From: Gemmatimonadota bacterium
GTDB taxonomy: Bacteria; Gemmatimonadota; Gemmatimonadetes; Gemmatimonadales; GWC2-71-9
Length of the DNA: 64,000 nucleotides
Assembly: GCA_039586365.1 (NCBI GenBank)
Contig: JBDHKN010000011.1
Coordinates: forward strand, 1 to 64,000
Direction: 5' to 3'
In this document: in pieces, positions 30,390 to 40,631 of the stretch
How positions within the stretch are numbered: the first letter of the stretch is position 1
Layout of the letters: every line of letters begins with the position of its first letter
Translations under genes and position numbers: made by a program
Notes under the pieces: generated by a model
Told to the model about the DNA's origin: nothing
Seen by the model: only the letters and a program-made list of their open reading frames with translations
Databases searched by the model: none

Positions 30390-31640
30390 ATGAGGTCCAC
30401 CAGGCTGGACGAGCAACTCTACAGGACGGAGGCGGAAAACGGTGTGACCGTCCTCTCGGAGTTTTTGCCGGGGGTGCGGTCCGTTGCTGTGGGGATCTGG
30501 GTTACCAGCGCATCAGCGCACGAGCGCCCTGCCAAGATGGGGGTTTCACACCTGCTCGAGCACATGGTGTTCAAGGGCACGGAGCGGCGCAGCGCCCGGG
30601 ACATCGCCATCGAGTTGGAGGCAAGGGGGGGCGCACTGGACGCGTATACCTCCCGTGACTACACATCGTTTCAGGCGCGCGTACTCGATGAAGAGCTACC
30701 CCAGGCCCTCGACGTACTAACCGATGTTGTACGCAACCCGGCGCTCCGGTCGGCGGATCTCGATCTCGAGCGTAAGGTGGTGCTGGAAGAGATATCGCTG
30801 GTCGAAGATACGCCGGACGACCTGGTCTTCGAGCTGCATGCGCGAACCATGTGGCCCGACCACCCTTACGGTTTTTCAATCCTGGGAACCAGGGATTCGG
30901 TCTCCGGACTCCAAGCAGAAGATTTGAGAGAGCTACACTCCCGGACCTACCACCCGGGACACGTGGTCATAGCTGCGGCCGGCAACGTCGACCATGAGTT
31001 GCTGCTCAGACTCCTAACGAAGTGTGGCTGGTTCACGTTCGACGCGGGCCCGCGGCGGCGGAGCATTCCCGCGGTGCCGCAAGCTGTGCGTGCCAACAGT
31101 CGGGTCCAGCGCGATACGGCGCAGGAGCACGTCGTGCTGGGAACTGACACCTTCCCATATGGTGACGGGCGGCGATATCCCTTGATCCTCTTGACTACTG
31201 TGCTTGGTTCAGGCATGTCGAGTACGCTGTTTCAGCGGGTGCGAGAGGAACTCGGGTTGGCGTACTCGGTGCACTCCTACCAGTCATTCTATCGAGAAGC
31301 CGGTGTGGCTGGGGTGTACGTAGGGACGCATCCGTCGACCGCTGAACAGGCCGTAGAAGTGATAAGAGAGGAACTCGCCGCTCTTGCCAGAAACGGTCTG
31401 GCGCCGGAGCGGTTGGTGGAGGCGAAGCAACAGGTAAAAGGGCAGGTAACGTTGTCTCTGGAGAGTCCGGCGGCACGGATGTACCGGCTGGCCACGGTAG
31501 CGTTGTATGATGAGCCGTACCGGAAGATTGACGAAGTGCTGGCAGAGATCGACCGCGTGAGCTTGGACCAGGTAGGAGAAGTGGGCCAGGAGTTCCTGGA
31601 TCCAGATCGACAGACTATTGTGTGGCTCGGTCCGAACTAA
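30390..31640 (+). CDS. M16 (pitrilysin) family peptidase
   Basis: HLLEH zinc motif, LFQRVREELGLAY. Confidence 0.93.
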   Translation: MRSTRLDEQLYRTEAENGVTVLSEFLPGVRSVAVGIWVTSASAHERPAKMGVSHLLEHMVFKGTERRSARDIAIELEARGGALDAYTSRDYTSFQARVLDEELPQALDVLTDVVRNPALRSADLDLERKVVLEEISLVEDTPDDLVFELHARTMWPDHPYGFSILGTRDSVSGLQAEDLRELHSRTYHPGHVVIAAAGNVDHELLLRLLTKCGWFTFDAGPRRRSIPAVPQAVRANSRVQRDTAQEHVVLGTDTFPYGDGRRYPLILLTTVLGSGMSSTLFQRVREELGLAYSVHSYQSFYREAGVAGVYVGTHPSTAEQAVEVIREELAALARNGLAPERLVEAKQQVKGQVTLSLESPAARMYRLATVALYDEPYRKIDEVLAEIDRVSLDQVGEVGQEFLDPDRQTIVWLGPN

Positions 31641-31682
31641 TTCACTGTCCCCAGCAAACTCAATACATGCGAGCTTGATTCG

Positions 31683-32798
31683 ATGATCATAGGAGTCCCG
31701 AAGGAGATTAAGACGAACGAGAACCGCGTTGCAGTGGTGCCCGCCGGCGTAGAGACACTGGTCGGGGACGGTCACACGGTTTTCGTCGAGACGAGCGCTG
31801 GTGAGGGAAGCGGCTTTCCGGACGGGTCATATACCAAGGTTGGTGGTAAGATCGTGTCTGGAGCAGCCGAGGTGTGGGCCAAGGCGGACATGATTGTGAA
31901 GGTGAAAGAACCCATCGAACCTGAATGGCCCATGATGCGCCAAGGCCAGGTTGTGTTCACGTACTACCATTTGGCGGCCAGTGAGCCGGTGACTCATGCG
32001 GTAATGGACTCGCAATGCGTGGCGATCGCGTATGAGACGGTGGAGCTCCCGTCCGGTGAGCTACCGTTGCTCACACCGATGAGCGAAGTGGCAGGACGCA
32101 TGGCGATTCAGGAAGGAGCGAAGTATCTCGAAAAGCACTACGGTGGTCAGGGCCTGTTGATGGGCGGAGTCCCAGGTGTGCTTCCTGCAGAAGTGATCAT
32201 ACTGGGCGGGGGCGTAGTCGGCACCAACGCTGCGAAGATGGCATGCGGCTTGGGTGCCCACGTGACACTGTTCGACGTGTCACTCGAGCGGCTCAGGTAC
32301 TTGGATGACGTAATGCCGGCCAACGTAGACTTCGTGTACTCCAATCGATTCAACATACTGGAGCTGCTGCCTCAGGCAGATCTGCTGGTGGGAGCTGTGC
32401 TCATAACCGGGGCCAAGGCGCCGAAACTGGTGCTCCGTGAGGATCTCAAGATCATGAAGGCCGGGTCAGTGATCGTTGATGTGGCGGTCGATCAGGGTGG
32501 TTGCATCGAGACCATCAAACCCACGACTCACGAGGAGCCGGTGTACATGGTCGACGGGGTGCTCCATTACGCCGTCGCGAACATGCCGGGTGGGGTACCA
32601 CGCACGTCGACCCTGGCACTCACAAATGCCACGTTTCCCTACGTTCGGCGGCTGGCTGAACTGGGCTGGAAGGAGGCCTGTAGGCGGGACCACTCCCTCT
32701 TCCTGGGCTGCAACGTGGTCGAGGGCAAGGTGGTGTATCCGGGCGTGGCCGAAGCCTTCGACCTCGAGCTGCATGAGGCCGAGAAGTTGATTTGTTAG
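31683..32798 (+). CDS. ald: Alanine dehydrogenase
   Basis: [33 protein letters not shown]. Confidence 0.96.
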   Translation: MIIGVPKEIKTNENRVAVVPAGVETLVGDGHTVFVETSAGEGSGFPDGSYTKVGGKIVSGAAEVWAKADMIVKVKEPIEPEWPMMRQGQVVFTYYHLAASEPVTHAVMDSQCVAIAYETVELPSGELPLLTPMSEVAGRMAIQEGAKYLEKHYGGQGLLMGGVPGVLPAEVIILGGGVVGTNAAKMACGLGAHVTLFDVSLERLRYLDDVMPANVDFVYSNRFNILELLPQADLLVGAVLITGAKAPKLVLREDLKIMKAGSVIVDVAVDQGGCIETIKPTTHEEPVYMVDGVLHYAVANMPGGVPRTSTLALTNATFPYVRRLAELGWKEACRRDHSLFLGCNVVEGKVVYPGVAEAFDLELHEAEKLIC

Positions 32799-32824
32799 TT
32801 GCCTCGGTGCGGTAAGTAGCTAAC

Positions 32825-32853
32825 TTGTCATAACTTAGGGCATTCATTAACTT
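32825..32853 (+). promoter_or_regulatory. Sigma70-like promoter of mreB with direct repeats
   Basis: TTGTCA-17-TAACTT; TAACTTAGGGC occurs twice (32831, 32848). Confidence 0.55.
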
Positions 32854-32854
32854 A

Positions 32855-32886
32855 GGGCGCCTCCATGGCTTGGGGTGCCCTTTGTT
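32855..32886 (+). terminator. Intrinsic terminator-like hairpin after ald
   Basis: GGGCGCCTC / GGGGTGCCC stem followed by TTTGTT. Confidence 0.55.
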
Positions 32887-32918
32887 GCGCGCACCAACTC
32901 ACATTCACCCTGAACGCA

Positions 32919-33962
32919 ATGCGGATGCGCTGGCCGAAACTGTCACTTGGAAGTCTGCTGCCCGCCAACGAAATAGCGGTCGACCTGGGAACGTCCAACA
33001 CTCTCGTGTACGTGCGCGGCGAGGGCATAGTTCTGAACGAACCTTCTGTTGTAGCTGTGGAGCAGGCGACGTCCAAAATCTTGGGGGTGGGGCTCGAGGC
33101 GAAACGGATGTTGGGCCGCACACCCGAGGGTATTCTGGCCGTGAGGCCGCTGAAGGACGGTGTGATCGCTGACTTCGACGTGACCGAGAGGATGCTCCGG
33201 TACTTCCTGGAGTCGATAATCCAGAAGCACGTCTTCAAGGTGAAACCCAAAGTGATAGTATGCGTCCCGAGCGGAATAACCGAGGTCGAGAAGCGTGCTG
33301 TGAGGGATAGTGCTCACTCCGCGGGTGCCAAGGAAGTCTACATGGTTGCTGAGCCGATGGCTGCGGCCATCGGGGTAGGCCTCCCAGTTGAGACGCCGAC
33401 CGGCAATATGGTCATCGACGTTGGCGGCGGCACTACTGAGATAGCAGTGATCGCCTTGTCGGGGATTGTGAGCGACACTTCCATCCGGACCGGCGGCGAC
33501 GAGATGGATCAAGCGATCGTGCAGTTCATGCGGAAGAACTACAATCTATTGATAGGTGAGCCGACCGCCGAGCTTATCAAGGTCCAGATTGGTTCAGCAG
33601 CTCCGGTCAACGGCGAGAAGGAGATGGAAGCCAAAGGCCGCGACTTGGTCTCTGGGATACCGAAGGTGGTTCGGGTCCACTCATCTGAGATTCGCGAGGC
33701 CATACAGGAACCCGTGCAACAGATCGTCGACGCCGTTCGGCGGGCACTCGAGATCACGCCACCCGAGTTGGCAAGTGATATCGTAGACCGGGGCATCGTG
33801 ATGGCGGGTGGGGGGGCGCTGATACGGGGCCTGGACATCGTGCTGTCGCAGGAGACCTCGCTACCCATTCGAGTCGACGAAGATCCCCTAACCTGCGTTG
33901 TTCGTGGTACGGGTCGGATACTGGAAGATTCCGACAAATACCGGTCCGTACTGACGACCTAG
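32919..33962 (+). CDS. mreB: Rod shape-determining protein MreB
   Basis: DLGTSNT, RPLKDGVIAD, EPMAAAIG, DVGGGTT; start is ATG 32919 or 32925. Confidence 0.96.
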   Translation: MRMRWPKLSLGSLLPANEIAVDLGTSNTLVYVRGEGIVLNEPSVVAVEQATSKILGVGLEAKRMLGRTPEGILAVRPLKDGVIADFDVTERMLRYFLESIIQKHVFKVKPKVIVCVPSGITEVEKRAVRDSAHSAGAKEVYMVAEPMAAAIGVGLPVETPTGNMVIDVGGGTTEIAVIALSGIVSDTSIRTGGDEMDQAIVQFMRKNYNLLIGEPTAELIKVQIGSAAPVNGEKEMEAKGRDLVSGIPKVVRVHSSEIREAIQEPVQQIVDAVRRALEITPPELASDIVDRGIVMAGGGALIRGLDIVLSQETSLPIRVDEDPLTCVVRGTGRILEDSDKYRSVLTT

Positions 33963-34868
33963 TTGGCTGTGTTATTCGCGCCGGCACGCTTCGCGTCACG
34001 CCGCGACACTATCGCTCTCGTTGTGTGCATCGTGCTATCAGTCGGTGCCCGTTTCGCTCCGGCGTCTTTCCAATCCGGTACTGCTGGAGTGATAGGTGGT
34101 ACTGTGCTCCTACCACTTCTTCGCCTTCAGAGTCTGATCCTGTCACTTCCAGCGGCGCTCGAGGGTGTGGAGCTGGACCGCTGGCAGCGTGCTACCACAA
34201 CGGCAGATTCTCTGGAGTTGGAGCAACTGAGAGATGAGAACGCCGATTTGCGCAAGCTCTTGGGTCTCAGGGCCCGACAGCCGTGGGGACCCGTCCCGGC
34301 AGAAGTGTTACGGCAATACGACCTGCTCGGTAGGACGCTGCTCCTCTCGGCGGGGAGCGATCAAGGTGTGAAACCGGATGATCCGGTGATTGCTCCGCAA
34401 CCCGAGGAGCACGGTACAGCGAGTCAGACTCGCCGTCCACCCGGGCTCCTGGGTGTCGTTCAGAGTACGACAGCTAACACGTCGGTCGTGATCCTGTGGA
34501 CTGACCCGAACTGGCGGGCCGGCGCCATGACCGCCGACGGCAAGGCACTGGGGATCGTTGGGCCGGGCGCTAGCGACGGGCCGAATTCGACCTTGATGGA
34601 GCTGAGCGGCGTTCCGTTTCTCGAAGTAGTCGATGTGGGCACCCAAGTGGTCACCTCAGGGATGGGTTTCAATCGCGGTGGCGTGTACCCACAAGGCCTA
34701 CTGTTAGGGGTGATAGAAGGGATAGGGGAAGAACCAGAAGAACGAGAGGGTTGGTCTAGAACCTACATCTTACGTCCGGCAGTCCAGCCAATTGCGGTGT
34801 CGCACGTGATCATCCTGACTCGGCCCAGTGCCGACGTCACCAACGAGGTCGAGGCCGATTCCACGTGA
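33963..34868 (+). CDS. mreC: Rod shape-determining protein MreC
   Basis: N-terminal TM helix, coiled coil ENADLRKLL, VVTSG..GGVYP.G; position between mreB and mreD. Confidence 0.88.
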   Translation: MAVLFAPARFASRRDTIALVVCIVLSVGARFAPASFQSGTAGVIGGTVLLPLLRLQSLILSLPAALEGVELDRWQRATTTADSLELEQLRDENADLRKLLGLRARQPWGPVPAEVLRQYDLLGRTLLLSAGSDQGVKPDDPVIAPQPEEHGTASQTRRPPGLLGVVQSTTANTSVVILWTDPNWRAGAMTADGKALGIVGPGASDGPNSTLMELSGVPFLEVVDVGTQVVTSGMGFNRGGVYPQGLLLGVIEGIGEEPEEREGWSRTYILRPAVQPIAVSHVIILTRPSADVTNEVEADST

Positions 34869-35371
34869 GGTTCTTGCGCGAACACTGGAAGCTCGGCGTC
34901 GTATTGTCGCTCTTGGTGCTTTGCCAGTTCACCTTGCGGCCGGCCATCGGTGATCCGCGTCTGGAGCGAGTGGCGCCGGATTTCTTGTTGCTAGCGCTCC
35001 TTGTGTACGCGATTCGGGCTCGGCCAGGGCAGGGCGCAATAGCCGGCTTCGTCGTCGGCTTGGCGACTGACTCATTGCCGGAAGCGGCGTTTGGGGCGGG
35101 AGCCCTCGCCCACACGATCATCGGTTATTTTGCTGCCTGGGGCAAGGCCGTGTTCTTCGCGGACAATCTCTTCATCAATGCGGTGTTCTTCTTCGTTGGA
35201 ACCTGGGTGCGAGACATCATGGTTCTCTTGGCTGGCCGTCATTCAGGGAGCACCGCGCTGTTGTGGCAGCTGGGATATCTCTCACCATTGAAGGCGTTGA
35301 CCACAGCGGTTGCCGGTGTGCTAGCACTGCTGGTCTTCCGTCGTTGGCTCAACATTAGAATCAGCGAATGA
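34865..35371 (+). CDS. mreD: Rod shape-determining protein MreD
   Basis: Hydrophobic 168 aa, PDFLL, GFVVGL..D; operon position. Confidence 0.88.
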   Translation: MRFLREHWKLGVVLSLLVLCQFTLRPAIGDPRLERVAPDFLLLALLVYAIRARPGQGAIAGFVVGLATDSLPEAAFGAGALAHTIIGYFAAWGKAVFFADNLFINAVFFFVGTWVRDIMVLLAGRHSGSTALLWQLGYLSPLKALTTAVAGVLALLVFRRWLNIRISE

Positions 35372-37215
35372 CGTGGTTTCATGCCCATGAAGTAGCGCGA
35401 CGAGCCGAAATCGGTCGGCTGGTTCTAGTCGTACTCTTTGGTGTCCTGTTCCTCGCCTTCTTCCGGCTCCAGGTGCTCGGCTCCAGTGGCTACGGGCGTC
35501 AATCGCGGGAGAATCGAATTCGGCGCGTGCCAGTCCCGGCGCCAAGGGGGCTCATCGTCGACCGTAACGGCGTGGTTCTGGCCGACAACGTTCCCGGGTA
35601 CACGATAGCAGTAGTTCCCCCTCACCCGGACTCCCTGCCCGGAACGCTCGAGCGGATCAAAGCCATAGCTGGGATCGATTCAGTCCGCATAACCGCGATG
35701 CTGCGGCGTTTCAGTCGCGCTCCCCAAGAGAGGGTCGTAGTCCTCAGGGATGCCCCTTTCGACGTCGTGTCGGCCCTAGCGGAGAAACGAGTGGCGATTC
35801 CCACGCTGAGTATCGAGATGGAGCCAAAGCGTAGATACCCTTACGCTGGCATTGCAGCACACGTGGTCGGGTACATCGGCGAGGTCACTGAGCAGGAACT
35901 TGCCTCGGGAACAATACCGGGCGTCAGAGGTGGAGACCTGATTGGGCGTGACGGTTTGGAACGCCAATACGACAAGGAACTGCGTGGCCAGAACGGAGTT
36001 CGCGACACCGAAGTGGATGCCTTGGGACGGACAGTAACAATTACCCTGGATATTAAGGAGCCTGAACAGGGCAAGACCCTTCGCACATTCTTGGATATTG
36101 AATTGCAGCAGTACATCGCGGAGGTCTTTCCTGAGGGAGCGCGCGGGGCAGTGGTCGCAATGCGACCGCGCTCCGGCGAAGTGCTAGCGCTGTATTCGGC
36201 TCCCAGCTTCGATCCCAATCGGTTCGCGGGTCGAATGGACCGTGAATCCTGGCAGGAACTCGCCCAGGCCGAGGGCCAGCCGCTATTCAACCGTGCGGTC
36301 GAAGGAAGGTACCCACCAGCCTCTCCCTGGAAGTTGGCGGTGGCCGTCGGTGCTCTGAAGCGCAGGATTGTGACAATGGACACGAGGATGCCGACACCTT
36401 GTGCGGGCGGCATCCTCTATGGGAACCGCTATTTCCGCTGCTGGTATGAAGCAGGGCACGGAGACATCACCCTGCGTGAGGCCATCAAGCACTCTTGTGA
36501 CGTCTATTTCTACCAACTCGGGCTCCAACTCACCCTGACCGGGCTCCTCGAGGAAGGGGTGGAACTAGGATTCCTTGAACCATCCGGTATCGACTTGCCG
36601 GACGAGAGGTCTCCCGTGTTCCCGGATTCTCCCGCGTACTTCGACCGCCGCTACGGCCCTCGCGGTTGGACGTCGGGGGTTACACTCAACCTTGCGATTG
36701 GACAGGGTGAGAATTCCCAGAGCGTGATCAACATGGTGAAGTTCTACGCCATGTTGGCGAACGAGGGTGGAGAAGCCCCGCTGCCACGACTTGTCGAGGG
36801 GAGCGAAACCGAGACCCGGTCGCTAGGTCTTTCCCCGGCCCAGCGTGCCGAACTCAGAGATGCGCTGGTCCAAGTGGTCTCTGGGGGCACTGCGGCTGGT
36901 GCTCGTGTTGCCGAGTTCAACATCGCAGGAAAGACAGGAACAGCACAGAACGCACATGGCCCGGCGCACGGCTGGTTCATCGCGTTTGCACCTGCCGAGG
37001 CTCCTGAGATTGTGGTAGGCGCACTCGTCGAGTTTGCCGAACACGGATCGGACGTGGCTCCGCTGGTGACGCGGATCATCCGGCGCTATCTGCTGGGTCC
37101 CGAAGCCGACCGCCGCAGGCTGGAATTGGTGCTCCCGGCCGACTCGGCTCCTGGGGCCTTGCCTATCTCAAGTGACACTTCCCTCACTCGGCCGTTGCAG
37201 CCAAACGGTCAATGA
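35368..37215 (+). CDS. mrdA: Penicillin-binding protein 2
   Basis: APRGLIVDRNG, SPWK (SxxK), SCD (SxN variant), KTGTAQ. Confidence 0.95.
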   Translation: MTWFHAHEVARRAEIGRLVLVVLFGVLFLAFFRLQVLGSSGYGRQSRENRIRRVPVPAPRGLIVDRNGVVLADNVPGYTIAVVPPHPDSLPGTLERIKAIAGIDSVRITAMLRRFSRAPQERVVVLRDAPFDVVSALAEKRVAIPTLSIEMEPKRRYPYAGIAAHVVGYIGEVTEQELASGTIPGVRGGDLIGRDGLERQYDKELRGQNGVRDTEVDALGRTVTITLDIKEPEQGKTLRTFLDIELQQYIAEVFPEGARGAVVAMRPRSGEVLALYSAPSFDPNRFAGRMDRESWQELAQAEGQPLFNRAVEGRYPPASPWKLAVAVGALKRRIVTMDTRMPTPCAGGILYGNRYFRCWYEAGHGDITLREAIKHSCDVYFYQLGLQLTLTGLLEEGVELGFLEPSGIDLPDERSPVFPDSPAYFDRRYGPRGWTSGVTLNLAIGQGENSQSVINMVKFYAMLANEGGEAPLPRLVEGSETETRSLGLSPAQRAELRDALVQVVSGGTAAGARVAEFNIAGKTGTAQNAHGPAHGWFIAFAPAEAPEIVVGALVEFAEHGSDVAPLVTRIIRRYLLGPEADRRRLELVLPADSAPGALPISSDTSLTRPLQPNGQ

Positions 37216-38459
37216 AGGCAGGGCGCTGGACCCTCGGCACGTCCCTGCTCCCACTTACCACGGTGTTGTTACTTGGCGGCCTTGCCGTGCTCTACTCAGC
37301 GGGGCAGACGGATGTGCCGACGGCAGTAACTGGCATCTGGTTGCGGCAGCTGGTGTGGATCGCACTCGGGGTAGTAGTGGCAGTAGCTGCCAACCGTCTG
37401 TCACCCCGGTTGCTTGAGTGGCTCGCTCCAGCGATATATGCCGTGTCGCTGTTGCTGCTCGTGGTCACGCTACTGGCAGGGGTGGGCGCTGGAACCGCTG
37501 CCGGTACGAGGTCCTGGATCTCAATCGCTGGTGTTCGGTTGGGACAGCCCGCGGAACTTGCGAAGTTAGCCACCATCGTTATGCTGGCGCGTATTCTGGG
37601 TGGGCGGCGCAATCCGCCGCGCGACATATGGGAGGCCATTCCCGCCGGCATCGTCGTCGCCGTGCCGTTCATTCTAGTGGGGCTACAGCCGGATCTGGGT
37701 AGCGCAATAGTGTTTGTTGCGATCCTGTTCGGCGCGCTGTTTTGGGCGGGACTCAGGCCCTCGCTGCTTGTACTGCTGCTTTCTCCACTTCTGAGCCTGC
37801 TGTTCGCATTCAACACGTTGCTGTGGGTTGTGTGGATCGTTGGGCTGACCGGGTTCGTGTTCTGGAGCAAACCGTACTTGCTAGAAGGCGTCGTGATCTG
37901 GTTCATCAATTTCACGATGGGAGCCATCCGCGGGTTCCTCTGGGATCAGCTGGAGCCCTATCAACAAAACAGACTGCTTTCCTTTCTGAATCCCGACATT
38001 GATCCCATGGCTACGGGATGGCACATTATGCAATCCAAGATCGCCATTGGTTCTGGAGGCCTATTCGGCAGGGGATTCACCGCGGGCACGCAGAAGCGAC
38101 TGGCGTTCCTGCCAGCACAACATACCGACTTCATCTACTCGGTCGTGGGAGAGGAGTTCGGATTGGTAGGTGTAGTGATCACCCTTGGCCTGCTTGCATC
38201 CCTCGTATGGGTCCTGATCAGGATTGCCAGTAAGGTCACTGATCCGTTTTCCAGCATGCTCGTGTTCGGGATTGCATGCATGATGCTCACGCACATTATC
38301 GTGAACGTGGGAATGACAGTGGGACTCATGCCGATAACGGGGATTCCGCTGCCGTTCTTCTCGTACGGTGGGTCGTTCATGTTGACGTGTTGTATGGCAA
38401 TCGGGCTGGCGCTGCGGATGTCGCGGGAGACTTTTGGAGCTGCATACCACGCTGGCTGA
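37212..38459 (+). CDS. rodA: SEDS family rod shape protein RodA
   Basis: QPAELAK, QPDLG, HTDFI, GIPLPFFSYGG. Confidence 0.95.
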   Translation: MKAGRWTLGTSLLPLTTVLLLGGLAVLYSAGQTDVPTAVTGIWLRQLVWIALGVVVAVAANRLSPRLLEWLAPAIYAVSLLLLVVTLLAGVGAGTAAGTRSWISIAGVRLGQPAELAKLATIVMLARILGGRRNPPRDIWEAIPAGIVVAVPFILVGLQPDLGSAIVFVAILFGALFWAGLRPSLLVLLLSPLLSLLFAFNTLLWVVWIVGLTGFVFWSKPYLLEGVVIWFINFTMGAIRGFLWDQLEPYQQNRLLSFLNPDIDPMATGWHIMQSKIAIGSGGLFGRGFTAGTQKRLAFLPAQHTDFIYSVVGEEFGLVGVVITLGLLASLVWVLIRIASKVTDPFSSMLVFGIACMMLTHIIVNVGMTVGLMPITGIPLPFFSYGGSFMLTCCMAIGLALRMSRETFGAAYHAG

Positions 38460-38565
38460 CGGGTAGGGGTGGCGTCGCACCATTTGCGCGGCGAAATTGC
38501 GAGGTTGCGGCGCTAGAGCGGTGTGGCTCACGACTGTGGCCTTTGACGGTCGAATAGGATGGTGT

Positions 38566-39420
38566 ATGGCATGGTTTCGTAAGGAGCGGAGACGAAGAAG
38601 ACTGCGCAGTGAACGTCTCGAGATCCCGCCAGACGCTTGGGACAAGTGCGAGCAGTGCGGTCACGTGGACCTGACTGACAACTTCGATCGAGCTCTGCAA
38701 GTCTGCCCGGAGTGCGGCTATCATCGTCGGATAGGTGCGCGTCGCTACATAGAGATTCTCACGGATCCCGACAGTTTCGTTGAGCTCTTCGGTCAATTAC
38801 GTTCGGTGGACTCGCTCCAGTTCGAGGGCTACGCTGAGAGGATCGTAAGGGCTGAGAAGCAGGCTAACTCCCCGGACGCAATCGTTACCGGTTGGGCCAC
38901 TCTGACCGGACTTGAGATCGGTATCGGAGCGATGGAGTTCAAATTCATGGGCGGCTCCATGGGTTCCGTGGTCGGGGAGAAGATCGCTCAACTCGCTGAC
39001 CGGTCGCTGCAGAAGCGGGCGCCTTTGGTTCTCGTTTCTGCTTCGGGTGGGGCGCGGATGCAGGAGGGAGTCTTGAGCCTCATGCAACTCGCCAAGACGT
39101 CCGCTATGGTCGCATGTCTGCGAGAAGAGGGCATTCCCTACATCTCGATAATGACCAATCCAACGACTGGGGGTGTCACCGCATCATACGCCATGCAAGG
39201 CGACGTGAATCTGGCCGAACCGGGTGCATTGATCGGATTCGCCGGGCCTCGGGTGATTCAGCAGACAATCCGTCAGGATCTCCCCGAGGGGTTCCAGACG
39301 GCCGAGTTCGTTGCGGAACACGGCATGGTGGACAGAGTAGTACCGCGCTCCGAGTTGCGTTCCACGACGAGCCAGCTCTTGCGGATGATGTTGGGGCAGC
39401 CAGCGGAGGAAACCGCCTGA
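38566..39420 (+). CDS. accD: Acetyl-CoA carboxylase carboxyltransferase beta subunit
   Basis: C4 zinc finger, FMGGSMGSVVGEK, SGGARMQEG, GFAGPRVI; start at ATG 38566. Confidence 0.96.
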   Translation: MAWFRKERRRRRLRSERLEIPPDAWDKCEQCGHVDLTDNFDRALQVCPECGYHRRIGARRYIEILTDPDSFVELFGQLRSVDSLQFEGYAERIVRAEKQANSPDAIVTGWATLTGLEIGIGAMEFKFMGGSMGSVVGEKIAQLADRSLQKRAPLVLVSASGGARMQEGVLSLMQLAKTSAMVACLREEGIPYISIMTNPTTGGVTASYAMQGDVNLAEPGALIGFAGPRVIQQTIRQDLPEGFQTAEFVAEHGMVDRVVPRSELRSTTSQLLRMMLGQPAEETA

Positions 39421-40622
39421 GCATCTCCCTCCAAGAAGCCAGCAGTTATCTGTTTTCCCGTCCAACCGGTGGAATCAAGTGGTCCCTGGGGCCGACGAGA
39501 GAACTCCTGAAGGCCCTGGGTAGCCCGGAGACCCATTTCAACTCGATCCACATTGGCGGTACCAATGGAAAGGGCTCCGTCGCGGTGATGGTGGCGGAAG
39601 CAATGCGGCGTGCCGGGCACAGAGTTGGCCTCTACATATCACCGCACCTCGTAGACGTGCGCGAACGGATGTCGGTCGACTCCCAACCCATTCCGGTAGA
39701 CGCGTTTTGTAGCTGGACTGAGCACCTCGCGGATGCGATCGAGCGGACCAACGCCAGCTTCTTTGAGTCGACGACTGCGATTGCCTTCGCTGACTTCGCG
39801 GCCCGCGGAGCCGAGATTGCTGTGATCGAGGTCGGACTGGGTGGACGTTTGGACAGTACCAATGTGATTGATCCAATGGTGAGTTGCGTGACGAGTGTGA
39901 GCCTGGATCACACAGCCTATTTAGGCGATTCGCTGGAGAGCATTGCCCGTGAGAAAGCGGGCATAGCCAAAGCGGGGCGACCCTTCGTCATAGGCGAGTC
40001 GGATCCTGCTGTGGTAAGGATGCTGCAAGCCGCAGCCGAACAATCTGGTGCTCACGTGCACGTAGTCGAGGCGGGATCAGTCTACAACGGCGCCCTCGGA
40101 ATCTCGGGTTGGCCCCAAAGGCGCAACGCTGCAACTGCTCAGGCTGTGCTCGGTGTGGTTCCAGAACCCCTGCGGCCTTCCCGACTCGCAATGGCTGAGG
40201 GGCTTGCCGCGGCCTGGTTGCCGGGGAGGTTCGACCGGCGGGGACGCTGGCTCTTCGACGTCGCGCACAACGCCAGTGCCGTCTCGGCACTAGCCGACGG
40301 CATACGCGAAGCAGACCTCTGCCGACCCATCCATGCCCTGGTTGGAATGCTGAGCGACAAGGATTGGGAGACCTTTCTCACGACGCTTCGTCCGGAAGTA
40401 GACGCCATGTGGATTTCGACTCCACCTTCAGCACCCCTGAATAGAAGGACGGATTTCTCCTGGGTGCAGCAGTATTCGGCTCTGGACCTTGAATTCGAGG
40501 CGGATTTCGACGAAGCGCTGGAACAAGCAGAGAAGGGAGCAGGGACCGTGCTGGTGACTGGATCGTTTCATACTGTGGGTGACGTGATGAGCCGCTTGCC
40601 CGGATTTGCACCGCTCGGGTAG
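39417..40622 (+). CDS. folC: Folylpolyglutamate synthase/dihydrofolate synthase (probable CTG start)
   Basis: GTNGKGS, SPHL, EVGLGGRLDSTN, DVAHN; GGAGGA lies 6 nt before CTG 39417. Confidence 0.92.
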   Translation: MSISLQEASSYLFSRPTGGIKWSLGPTRELLKALGSPETHFNSIHIGGTNGKGSVAVMVAEAMRRAGHRVGLYISPHLVDVRERMSVDSQPIPVDAFCSWTEHLADAIERTNASFFESTTAIAFADFAARGAEIAVIEVGLGGRLDSTNVIDPMVSCVTSVSLDHTAYLGDSLESIAREKAGIAKAGRPFVIGESDPAVVRMLQAAAEQSGAHVHVVEAGSVYNGALGISGWPQRRNAATAQAVLGVVPEPLRPSRLAMAEGLAAAWLPGRFDRRGRWLFDVAHNASAVSALADGIREADLCRPIHALVGMLSDKDWETFLTTLRPEVDAMWISTPPSAPLNRRTDFSWVQQYSALDLEFEADFDEALEQAEKGAGTVLVTGSFHTVGDVMSRLPGFAPLG

Positions 40623-40625
40623 ATT
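40596..40625 (+). promoter_or_regulatory. Internal, likely leaderless, promoter for hisS
   Basis: TTGCCC-18-TAGATT-6-ATG (40632); the -10 includes the folC TAG. Confidence 0.45.
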
Positions 40626-40631
40626 GTGTCG

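Noticed and set aside
39114..39416. N-terminal extension of the folC ORF in the ORF track
   Set aside because: Overlaps accD by about 300 nt and has no FolC-like sequence; a better start context exists at 39417
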